From Andalucia godoyi And28 (taxonomy: Eukaryota; Protista; Jakobida), in the NCBI GenBank assembly GCA_009859145.1, contig VRVR01000018.1:5688-69687 (forward strand): a stretch of 64,000 nt of DNA, given 5' to 3'. The position numbers and the translations under genes are program-made. Each line of letters begins with the position of its first letter. The stretch's first letter is position 1. Positions 20,151 to 30,300 of the stretch are shown one piece after another. Under the pieces are notes generated by a model. That model ran no database searches and was not told where the DNA came from. It saw only the letters and a program-made list of their open reading frames with translations.

Positions 20151-21122
20151 ATGTCATCGAAGAAACGATATGAGTCATTTCAGAAGAAGTCGTCGTATGT
20201 GCTCAGGGAACCTGCAGTAGCAGAGGACTCGCGCTCGCACTCACACTCGCACCCGCACCGTGTCGAGCATTTGGACGACGAATCGGCGGGAAATCGGATT
20301 CCCGGTGTGTCTAAGATCAAGTCGTTGATACGGTCTCATAGGAGGCTTCTTTCGAAAGAAGATCTTGATCCTGCCTTTCGATCTGAAAAGACGTCATCGC
20401 TGAAGGAGCTCGAGGAGAAGCTCAAGCAAGCCGAACATTCTGCAATGGAGCGAAAGCGCGCGCTCAAGTATCATCATGTGAAGTTTTTTGAACGCAAAAA
20501 GGTGATTCGATACGTGGAGAGACTGCAGAAGCAAATTTTGTCTGCAGAAGCAGATATCAAGATCATTACAAAAGGAGGACAGCCGAAGGGGAGCGAAAAG
20601 AACGTGTCGGAGCTTGCATTGGAAAAGGAACGAGTGAAGAAGCAGCTTAGAAAGTGGGAACGTCTTTATCTCTATACGCGATACTACCCCAAAGAGAAGA
20701 AGTACGTTTCGATCTTCAAGTCGGAATCCACCGATACGCTGGACCTCAAGTGGATTGACACGCTTAGTGCAGAGCTGTTGAAGCGCGATGACAATGGCTT
20801 CCTTGTTCTGCAAGTCGACCCGGACGAAGTGCAGCCTGGCCACTCGCAAACCGCTTTGCATTCCGACCGGCCCGCACGAAGCCACGATTCGCGGCATCCA
20901 CAAGCAGGATCCGCCGACGGTCGCACGCAGCGACAAGACCAGGCACAGCGGCATAGTCACGAGCAAGGTCAGCGACAGCAACGACAGGCTGTGCAAAAGG
21001 GCGACCGTTCTCGAAACCAGAAGAATCGAGATCGAGACGCTCATGGAGAAGCAGATGCTGACGAAGCAGAGGTGACCGCCGCAGAGATTCAAAGGATTGA
21101 AAACGATGACTTCTTTGCATGA
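20151..21122 (+). CDS. EFG1: rRNA-processing protein Efg1
   Basis: KYHHVKFFERKKVIR and LYTRYYPKEKKYVSIF motifs; ATG at 20151 after an A-rich leader. Confidence 0.88.
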   Translation: MSSKKRYESFQKKSSYVLREPAVAEDSRSHSHSHPHRVEHLDDESAGNRIPGVSKIKSLIRSHRRLLSKEDLDPAFRSEKTSSLKELEEKLKQAEHSAMERKRALKYHHVKFFERKKVIRYVERLQKQILSAEADIKIITKGGQPKGSEKNVSELALEKERVKKQLRKWERLYLYTRYYPKEKKYVSIFKSESTDTLDLKWIDTLSAELLKRDDNGFLVLQVDPDEVQPGHSQTALHSDRPARSHDSRHPQAGSADGRTQRQDQAQRHSHEQGQRQQRQAVQKGDRSRNQKNRDRDAHGEADADEAEVTAAEIQRIENDDFFA

Positions 21123-21181
21123 CCCAGAGACATTACATTTAACTAAATTAAATTAAAAAAGTAAAAGTAATTTGACATCCT

Positions 21182-21670
21182 TTATTCATCATGGATATGT
21201 TCGTTCTCGGACTCCAGGCGGGCCAACATAGCTTCGTCTCGTGAAAAGAACACTCTTAGTTTTCTCAAGAGCTGCTTCGCCGTGTGTTGCTGTGGATTGA
21301 GTTTGAGATCTCGAGTCATTTTCTTAACATTGAGGCCGTGCTTTGCAACGAGCGCACCACATGCTTCTCGCTCGCCGGGCGGTTGGTGTTTGACCGTGTG
21401 CACTTCCTCGCCCTTGATTTCCAGATCCATTCGATCCTTGTGTTCCTCCGGGACAACCGCACTCAGCGATTCTTTTTGGCTCTCCGTTGCATTGGCATCT
21501 TTTGTAAGTCCCAATCTTGAGTAATTCTGACGAACCGTCGCCGAGGTGTCCCACTTTCCTTGCGCCCTCGAATTCGATATCTTGACTTTGCGAAGATTGC
21601 TCCGCTTCAATGTCGTCGATCGCGGCTTTCGAGACTTTACACGCGTACGCTGCCGGGGGGTCTTTGTCAT
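21182..21670 (-). CDS. NOP16: Nucleolar protein Nop16
   Basis: Basic N-terminus, KWDTSATVRQNYSRLGL, LVAKHGLNVKKMTRDLKLNPQQHTAKQL. Confidence 0.9.
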   Translation of the reverse strand: MTKTPRQRTRVKSRKPRSTTLKRSNLRKVKISNSRAQGKWDTSATVRQNYSRLGLTKDANATESQKESLSAVVPEEHKDRMDLEIKGEEVHTVKHQPPGEREACGALVAKHGLNVKKMTRDLKLNPQQHTAKQLLRKLRVFFSRDEAMLARLESENEHIHDE

Positions 21671-21875
21671 CTTGAGCTCTCACACACAATCAATCTCGTC
21701 GCTCTGTGTGTGTGTGCGTGTGCGTGTGTTAATCGATCAATCAAGCGATCAATTGTCGCCGCCAACTGAAAACCTTGTGTGAACTGAGGACTTTTCAGCT
21801 CGGGGCTTCCGGAGGATTTTTTATCCGCGAATCCCGAGCTGCTTCAATTGATACCACCGCGAACTGCAGTGCACC

Positions 21876-21886
21876 TTCCCGCCAAA
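21876..21886. promoter_or_regulatory. Canonical E2F-binding site in the divergent NOP16 / coiled-coil gene promoter
   Basis: TTCCCGCCAAA, the reverse complement of TTTGGCGGGAA, about 125 bp upstream of the ATG at 22012. Confidence 0.45.
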
Positions 21887-22011
21887 TTCCGTTTCGTTTC
21901 GTTTCGTTTCGTTTCGTTTCCCTCGTCTGGTTTTGGCTTCTGGTTTTGGTTTACCCGCGCATACACGCAAAGACAGAGACACGGACGCCGTTGAATACTC
22001 TGAGTTAGCTC

Positions 22012-22812
22012 ATGGCGGTGAAAAAGCAAAAACAGAGTGGGAAGCCCAGCAAGACAAAGTCGGTCCAATCCAAAAGCTTGAAGAAATCGGCGTCCAAAAC
22101 AGCGCCCAAGAATGCGAAAGCTGCCGTTGCGAGCCATCGAATGGCTGTGAAGACAAATTATGTGCCGATGCCGGATTCTCTAAAGTCCCAAGTGACGGAC
22201 TCGTTGAAGACAGCATACCGCTCGCTGATTGGGACGACAGGGTCTACTTCGGCGACGATTCGGGCGCTGGATCTGATGATGGCGTATGCCGACGACGCAG
22301 CTTCCTCGATCCGCATCCCTCCGAAAGCGGCAAGGAAACCCAAAATTGCTCGAGAATCGACGGAAGAAGCTCTCGTTGAAGAACTGTCGATGCATAGAAG
22401 AGATCTTGAGCGGCTGACGGCTTCGGTACAAGTCGCAAAGTACGATGTCCAGGTTCTCCAAGATGAAGTCGCGGATTTTGAGCAGCGATTAGGTGAGCTG
22501 ATGAAACAGAGAAGGAGAGCTGACAGGAGAGAAAAGAAGGACTCCACAAGCGACGAGCATCGCATTCTGCAGCACGTTAAGGCCGTTGTCCCTGCTTCGC
22601 TGGCGATTGCAGAGAGCACCGCAAGCGCGGAACAGAGTGTGTATGATCCAGCTACGGATGCAGAGTACCAAACACAGAGATTGGCGCTCACTCGGAAGCT
22701 CACGAAGTTTCAGGAAAATATGAGCGTGATCAGACCAACTGTGTTGGAAGTCTTGCCGGTGGTGCAGGATCTCTTGTTGCGAATTTCCGGAAAGCCCAAT
22801 GCTGGACAGTGA
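22012..22812 (+). CDS. Coiled-coil protein, possibly CENP-Q/Okp1-like kinetochore subunit, 266 aa
   Basis: Lys-rich N-tail, then YVPMPDSLKSQVTDSLKTAYRSLI, IRIPPK and a long coiled coil. This parallels the CENP-Q layout as recalled (WQPLS...ESVI, LKVPPK). Confidence 0.45.
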   Translation: MAVKKQKQSGKPSKTKSVQSKSLKKSASKTAPKNAKAAVASHRMAVKTNYVPMPDSLKSQVTDSLKTAYRSLIGTTGSTSATIRALDLMMAYADDAASSIRIPPKAARKPKIARESTEEALVEELSMHRRDLERLTASVQVAKYDVQVLQDEVADFEQRLGELMKQRRRADRREKKDSTSDEHRILQHVKAVVPASLAIAESTASAEQSVYDPATDAEYQTQRLALTRKLTKFQENMSVIRPTVLEVLPVVQDLLLRISGKPNAGQ

Positions 22813-23107
22813 TGTCGTTTGGTCAATCTTCTTTGGTGTAAAACATTCCTGAAAGCACTCGCAAGTGCTGCGGAGTGGGAAGAAAAAAACAAACACCCAC
22901 CAACAAAAAACACAAAAGGAATCGAAAGAAAGTGTCGAAAAAAACAGGTCTGTACAATAATTAAAAACATCCAGGGAGAGAATCCAACGAATTTTCGAGG
23001 ATGGAAACATTTCCACACGCGAGGGAAAGAAGAGGGCGAGTAAATCAACATAATCCAGACACACTGTGGAATGGTGGGATATTAAATAATAATAATAAAA
23101 ATTCCAA

Positions 23108-24208
23108 CTACTGGTCCGATGAGGACGCGGACACGGACGGTGGCAGCATGTGATGGTGGTGCGCACCAGGATTGCCGTTTCCGTTGGCAGCCGCTCCGTT
23201 GGGTCCCTGGTTCGCACCAAAGTACCCGAGCATTCTCAAGATTTCGCCATCGTCATGGATTTGGAACGACTGTGAAAAGTTGAAAAAGATTTCCGATCGA
23301 TCTTCGGCCATCTCGCAGTCGATCTGAGTTTCGCGGCGCGTGGACAGAACGATAAACGGGAGAGAGATCTTGGCTTCAGCGGGCAGCGACGCTACGCGAG
23401 GCGATTCTTCGTTTCTTCGGTAGAGCCTTTCCATGGCAGAACGAGTTGCACGAAGCGCCTCTAACTGCCGTTTCTTGTCCATGATTTTCGCCTCGAGATC
23501 ATTCTTGGATGCTCTCAACTGGCTGAACTCGGCATGGTATTGCGCCGGAAGCCCCTTCCACGAAATGAGCTTCCTGTCCTTGTGTATAATCTGCAGTGCC
23601 ATCAGCACATTCAATGCATCGTATACACGTCTACGGATATTCTTCTCGTCGAATCCCTCAAGTCCCTCTTCTGTAGCCTCCCGCACCAGCTGATCCGCAA
23701 TGTCATCGTGCTTTGTAGACCCGGCGGCTCGCACCTTTTCACATACCTTATACGAAAAGTGTCGCAAGCCCTTGTACGCCTTGTTGTCGGCTCCTGCAGA
23801 CAGGGGCCCAAAAGACGGAAGCGCAGGAAGAACCGCTGACGATGAGGAGCCCATCAATCCAGACGGAGTGTTCATTAGAACGCCAGTTGCGGCGGCGGTC
23901 GAAGAAGAGGAAGACGACGACGACGACGACAGAGGATTTCCATGGCGTGGACGCTTGGACGCCTGCGTGTGTGCATTCACGTCCTCGTCGGATTCGTCGT
24001 CGTCGTCATACGGCGGAGGAGCGGTGAGCACATTCGATCCCATTGTAACTGTAGAAGAGCCAGTGTGTGGAGCAGCGGACGAGGATATCGCGGTGGAAAA
24101 CCGCTTCAGTGAAGAGGGATGCTGTGCTGAAGGGACGGAGTTCGGCACGGACGTCAGCAGGTCAAATCCCGCTTCTCTAGCAATTGCATCAAAGTCAGAC
24201 TGAGACAT
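23108..24208 (-). CDS. TFDP: E2F dimerisation partner (DP/TFDP) transcription factor
   Basis: KGLRHFSYKVCEKV, DEKNIRRRVYDALNVLMA and LPFIVLST...CEMAEDRSEIFFNF. Confidence 0.95.
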   Translation of the reverse strand: MSQSDFDAIAREAGFDLLTSVPNSVPSAQHPSSLKRFSTAISSSAAPHTGSSTVTMGSNVLTAPPPYDDDDESDEDVNAHTQASKRPRHGNPLSSSSSSSSSSTAAATGVLMNTPSGLMGSSSSAVLPALPSFGPLSAGADNKAYKGLRHFSYKVCEKVRAAGSTKHDDIADQLVREATEEGLEGFDEKNIRRRVYDALNVLMALQIIHKDRKLISWKGLPAQYHAEFSQLRASKNDLEAKIMDKKRQLEALRATRSAMERLYRRNEESPRVASLPAEAKISLPFIVLSTRRETQIDCEMAEDRSEIFFNFSQSFQIHDDGEILRMLGYFGANQGPNGAAANGNGNPGAHHHHMLPPSVSASSSDQ

Positions 24209-25418
24209 TTCGTCACGAAAGCTTCACAACAACAGCAGCAATGAAATGATATCTTTTTAAAACCCCAGTGGCTCTCGAGAAGTGGATCCTCGGGTTGTAT
24301 GCAGCGGAGATGGTGACGCCTCCTCGGAATATACACGTAAGTGTGGTTCGCAGTATGTGCTTGGAACGCGGTGTGCGACCGTGTTAACTGTATCAATAGG
24401 GTACGCTCGAGTCACTCGTGGTATGTGCTCGGGGTGTTCGTCAAGCAGACTTGAGAACAGAGACGCAATATCAAGGGGACAGGAGAAAGAAAAAGGAAGG
24501 AAGGAGAGGCAGAAGAAGAAGGGGAGAAAAAAACACCGATACAGTAAGCAACTGAGAAGAAAAGAGAGGAATGTGGAGAACAAAAGAGGGCAGCAAGGAA
24601 AAGGTCGAGAAAACACTCAGACCAAAGAGATACACAGAAAGAGAGAGAGTATGTATGTGTGTGTGTGTCTCTCTCTCTCTGCGTGTGTGTGTGTGTTTGC
24701 CGGACGAAAAGGGTTTGGCGCACCCTGGCGACCAGCGCGGAAAACCATCCGCCACATTCTCGATTGACCGGGCTTCTGTTTTGCTTTTGTTTTTACAGTC
24801 GCTGGAATGGTCATTTGTCGCGCCGTTGCCACTTATTGCGATACGATGAAGCAATCTAAAGCGCACGAAAACAAAAAAAAAACACTGCCACGCGCCATGC
24901 CGCATGCGTTTGGTATCTTAAGCAACTCCGTCACACGATGCCCGATTCGTTTCGCCCCATTTTGATCATGAAATCCCTATATAAACACGCCGCCGCGTTG
25001 CATTATGCATGTTGTTGGGTTGCAACATTGATTATGGGTGATCAGCGATGATTATCCGCGGTTACTGTACAATGTATGCGTCTTCTTCTTCTGTTGCTTC
25101 TATTGCTCGTGTTCTTAGCTGCCTTTTTCTTCTTTTGGTTTTTTATCACTTCATAAACAGAAACAGAAATACAAGTCATCCATGAAAGGAGAGGACGGAA
25201 GGGGAGAGGAAGACAAATGCAAAACTGCTGGGCAGGTAACGTAACGACTGACAAGTCATCAAAGAATGGAGAGGGAGGAAAACAAAACATCCAAGCATGC
25301 TCGGAAAAACAAGGCAGTGAGCAATATTCAAAAACGAAAAACGGCAATTTTTTTAATAAAAGGAAAGGAAAGGAATGGAATGGAAAGGAATGGAATGGAA
25401 TGGAAAGGAAAGATATTA

Positions 25419-26777
25419 TTAGACTCGCTGCTTGTCCTTCTTTGCCATATCTTCAATTGCCGAGTTTCGGACGTCGTGAAGGACCTCAAACATCTCCAGG
25501 AACGCCTCGACGAAGCCTGTGGAAGTGTACGTGACATTGTGCTTCTTGCAGATTGCACGGACACGAGGAGCGACGATGCCGTAGTTGTGTCTCGGCATGG
25601 TGGGGAAGATGTGGTGCTCGGTTTGGAAGTTCAGTCCGCAGGTAAACCAATCGACGAACGGTGACGAATTGCAGTTGCGCGAGGTGATGATCTGCGTGCG
25701 GAAAAAGTCGACATGGGCCTCCTTCTCCAAGATGGGCATGCCATTGTGATTCATCACAAAGATGGATGCAAGGAACAGTCCGCCAAACGACGACGACGCT
25801 GCAACGTACAGAACAAAGTTGGCAATAGACATTCCACAGACAACGGTGCACCAGAGAGCAAGACCGGCCCAGTGCATCATCTCCACGGCAACTTCAAAGG
25901 CATATGACCTCCACACGGGCGCATAGTACTCGGCGACTCCCGGCATGGAGTAGTCAATCTTGGACGGACGGATCATTCCCGAAATGGAAAAGACAATGGA
26001 CTGCGCAACCCAGTTGATGCGTGCAAGAAGCAGCAGCGGCATGAACAAGAACGACTGCAGCGGGACAAAGAACCGAGCGGCAGGCGAGTATTCAGCAGGA
26101 AGCAACTTCTTGGACCACGCAAGCAAAGGAAGAGTATCAATGTCTGGATCATCGCCGGCTGTGTTGGAAGATGCGTGATGCGCGGAATGCTTGGTCAGCC
26201 ACCAACGGAGCGAAAACGACTTTCCGATTCCGCCAAAGACCAGCGCAACTAGGTTTCCGTACGCGCGGTTCTCAAACACCTGGTTGTGCACCAGGTCGTG
26301 GCACACTCCGGCGAACTGCTGGAAAGACAGTCCAAGAAGCGCAGCGGAAAGATAGTAAAACACTCGGTTTGTGTAGTCCAGCTTGAGGAGATACAGCGCC
26401 AGAGCGACGATCGACACACACTCAATCCACTTGCGCACGTAGTACACCTTGGAGGACGCAAAGAGACCCTCGCGCTTGCAGTCGGCCACCAGTGCGCGCA
26501 TATCCTTCACGAACCCGTCTTCCTTCTGGACAGGTTTTGGGGCGGTCGAAAGGTCTAAATCGCCCACGTAAAAGGACGCAAGCATCGCCTCGACCTGTGG
26601 CGGATGGAACGAGTTGAACGCATCTGTGCCGTCGCGGCCACCTTGCGTCTTGATCACGGCCCGGCCGCCTGGGTGAGAGTCCAGGTACGAGGACACATCA
26701 TACACTTTGCCAGAGATGACAGTCCAGCACTCATCTTCCGTGTTGTGCTTTTCAACGTCAGACCAGCTCACCTTCAT
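25419..26777 (-). CDS. Front-end (delta-5/6/8-type) fatty acid desaturase with cytochrome b5 domain
   Basis: HPGG heme motif; His boxes HDLVH, KHSAHH and QTEHH. Confidence 0.93.
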   Translation of the reverse strand: MKVSWSDVEKHNTEDECWTVISGKVYDVSSYLDSHPGGRAVIKTQGGRDGTDAFNSFHPPQVEAMLASFYVGDLDLSTAPKPVQKEDGFVKDMRALVADCKREGLFASSKVYYVRKWIECVSIVALALYLLKLDYTNRVFYYLSAALLGLSFQQFAGVCHDLVHNQVFENRAYGNLVALVFGGIGKSFSLRWWLTKHSAHHASSNTAGDDPDIDTLPLLAWSKKLLPAEYSPAARFFVPLQSFLFMPLLLLARINWVAQSIVFSISGMIRPSKIDYSMPGVAEYYAPVWRSYAFEVAVEMMHWAGLALWCTVVCGMSIANFVLYVAASSSFGGLFLASIFVMNHNGMPILEKEAHVDFFRTQIITSRNCNSSPFVDWFTCGLNFQTEHHIFPTMPRHNYGIVAPRVRAICKKHNVTYTSTGFVEAFLEMFEVLHDVRNSAIEDMAKKDKQRV

Positions 26778-26849
26778 TTTTCACGCCACACACGTTCTGT
26801 TTTTCTTCTTTTCTTTTTGAAAATATATAAAAAGAGAACACAGGTCGGA

Positions 26850-26862
26850 GAGAGACAGAGAC

Positions 26863-26908
<46 letters not shown>

Positions 26909-26960
26909 AATACTAATGACAATAATAACAATAACAATAACAATAACAATAACAATAAGA
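26850..26960. repeat. Compound microsatellite (AG)n and (ACAATA)n upstream of the desaturase
   Basis: Directly visible AG run followed by ATAACA hexamer repeats. Confidence 0.85.
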
Positions 26961-27364
26961 AGAAGAAGAAAACACAAGGGAAAAAATAAAAGAAGGGAAC
27001 AAAAGGAACGAAAGGAAATGCGGATATTTATGAGGTCCGTTCGAAAGAGAAAAAAAGCGGAAAGAACAAGTCGGAGAAGAAATGCGGGTTTGCGAGTGAG
27101 TGACCAGTTCTTTTTGCTGTGCTTTTTCTACAAAATCATTTTCAGCAATCCCAGTATTTTATACTATTGATTCTATTATTTTTTTGGTACAGCCGGTAAC
27201 ATCATGAGTAATTTTCCGCTTCGTTATGACGCTGTTTCATCACCTTGGGAAAATTCGCACGCATTTATATTGAGAACACGTCAGAGAAATGCATATGAAT
27301 AGTAAAAATTACAGAGGAAAACACACGCACACACGCACACACACGCCCATCTCTCGCAGCATGC

Positions 27365-30300
27365 TTACATGGATTTGATCTTGCCCAAGAGTCCGGCCAT
27401 CGACTTGGACGCTGTCGTCGTGGTGCTACCAGAGTTCAAAACAGCCGACTGGATAGGTGACCCTGAGGCATCTTTTGAAACATCTTTTGAAACGTCTTTT
27501 GAAACGTCTTTTGAAACGTCTTTTGAAAAAACCTCCAAAATACGGCGCTTGACAAGCATCTTCTTCATGACGTCCCGGACTCGGGCAACTTCATCGCTAA
27601 CGCGCTTCTCTTCATCCACAACAAATCTGTACGGATCTTCGGCTTTCTGCGCTTCACTAAGCGGAGCCTGATGAAGACCTCCCATGGAAATACCTTCGTA
27701 GGACCAAATGCGAACTCGGCAGTCATACGAAGACGTCACAACGGCTTGCTGCTCTGGGAGAACAGAAAGCGACCGAATCGAATCATAGTGTGCGCGGAAC
27801 ACGGAAACCTGCTGGACAAGCGAGGCGTCCACTTGCGGCTCCGATGTCAAGTGCAGATAGGACGGGGGAACGTTGGGGGGTCGGGGCCAAGTTGTCGTTT
27901 CCAATTGCAAGGCATCAATGACGCCGGCGAGGCTGAACACACGAACCCAGCCGCGATCGTCGGCAGAAAACAATAGTGCCATTTCCGATGCGGCAGCAAC
28001 ACCGGATTTCTCGTCTTGGATAGACTCCAATGCTCGAGAAAAAGCCCGTGAAGAAGTCGAGCCACCTCTCGTAGACGGCCGACTGGATGCGCGAGAAGAG
28101 GCCCCGATCTTGCACTTGTATTTGCACATGTCAAATCCAAGACACGTCACCGACGCCTCCAAAGGCGCGATGCCGTGTTTTTGTCCTGCTGCAGATCCAG
28201 ACGAGCGCGCCGATAAGGAGGACGCCGGGCGGGTGCGTGCCAGAGGTTTGTCATTGGACCACTGCAACAGCCGTCGATACGCAAACGGATAGGGACGACA
28301 GCAGTACAAGTACAAAAGGCCATTCGCATCCGCCACCACAAAGGCCGGTAGGTGCCCGAGAAAATGAATGGATGCGATTTCACCAGAAAATCCGGTCAAC
28401 TTTTCCTCCAAGCGCGGCTTCTTTTCATCAAATTCCCACACGCACACACACTTGTCCTGGCCCCCTGTGACAAACAACGACGTGTGTTCCGAGAACGCGC
28501 AGCATTTGATATCCCCAACATGTCCAAATGGATTCAAGTCGTACGCCTTGGCTGCAACTGCCGGTACGGGATCGTCGCCGAACCGCGCCAGCCGCTTCGA
28601 AGACCGGCTCCCTGGAGCACTGGTCGCGGGCGTTTGCCTGCTCGGCGTTCCAAATTCGGCTGCCTGACCAGATAAGTCGAGCGAGGCATCCATGCTGACA
28701 CACGAAAAATCCGCATCCGCAGACTGATCAGGAGTAAGGGTTAAGAACGGGGCTGTGCTGCTGCGGAGCCCATCCTCTCCTCCTCCTCCTCCTCCTCCTC
28801 CTCCAAAACCACCACCACCACCTGTTCCAGCATCTGCGGAGAAACGATCATGCGGTCGGTTCATGTCAAGATCATCCGATGCAACTGAAGCTGTTGAGGA
28901 CATTGACGGGTTTCCTCGAGACCCTGGCAAAGAGCCCTGCTGCTGATGCATTCGGACGCCAAGGGTTCGTACCACAAATCCTTCGTTCGGCTCCTCGTCA
29001 TCCAAGATGCGAATGGAGCCGTCCCAACTGGTGGACAACAGATGGCGCCGACGATCGCAATACACCAGCGACGACACTTCAGAACCAGACAGCTCCGTGT
29101 ATTCCTTCACAAATGCCCCGTTTGCCGTGTTAAAGCACTTGCACTCACCAGAATGAGTGCCGAGGAAAAACTTCCGCTTGCGATCATCAAAACACATCGC
29201 CGTAATTTCCGTCGTGGTTAAATTATTAAACATCTGCACGAGATTGCCAGACCGTGCGTCCCATACCCGAACATCTTTGCCCGAAGCGGTGAAAAATGTG
29301 AACGACGATTCATCATACATTGAGGCAATTATCGGCTTGTCGTCGGCGAGGATCGGATCCGCATCCGATTCGTATTCGAGGGCATGCAGGCGCTTGCCAC
29401 CACAAATGATCCGTGATGCAACCTTTTCCACTTTGAAACCCTGCTGACTCTCAAAGAAGCGAGCATCTGATTCCGAGATTGTCTGGAAGCGAGATCCTGC
29501 TATCGCAACGTGCCGGTCTTCGAAAAAGCAAAGCGAAGATATCACATCTGGGCCGTTGGCAGCAGGGGCCACAGATTTGTCTATTCCACTCGTCGACACG
29601 CTCCTGCCGCCCGATCCGCTGCCTCTTCGCCTTGAAATGGACGAGGAGGAACTTGATGACGTCGATGGGGAAACATTGTCAACGCTCAGGGTTTGTACGC
29701 ACTGCAATGTGCGAATGTCCCAAATCTTCACAGTACCCGCACAATCTGCCGTGATAATCTGTGGCGAATTGCTTGGGCAAGCAACTCCGACAAGAGAGGT
29801 GATATGCGGCCTCCGCGGGTCTCGCAACCGAAATGGCGGAGCGTGTGTGTTTGGTATCCACACGAGTGCATCATGCTCGAAACCCGCTGAAACCAGAAAG
29901 TAATACTCCGCGGAAAACGCAAGGGCATGAATCCCTTTCGAATGGCCGATCAGCTCCTCCACCGCCGTTGGTCGAGAAATGTCCCACAAAAGAATTCTGG
30001 AGTCAAGAGAACACGTTGCCAATTGGTCGTCACGGTCAAGATACAGCATATCGGTTATTGCATCGCTGTGTTCGTGGATCGTCGACCGTGATTTGTATAC
30101 ATGCTTGCATCGCAAATAGTCGATATTGCAATCTGCATATCCATGCGGAGCGTCTTCATCCAAGGCATCCGACGACTTCATGTCAATGGTGGATGAATCG
30201 ACGTAACCCTTTGGCCGATACAGGCGAGCATTTGGCGTACCAACCTTTTTGGACGACGGCAGCAAAGACTCGAGCATGGACGTCGTTGCCGTGCTCCCTC

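Noticed and set aside
24210-25410. Several 60-160 aa ORFs and a TATATAAA near 24978 between DP and the desaturase
   Set aside because: The ORFs are built from microsatellites and purine or pyrimidine tracts, and no RNA-gene motif was recognised.
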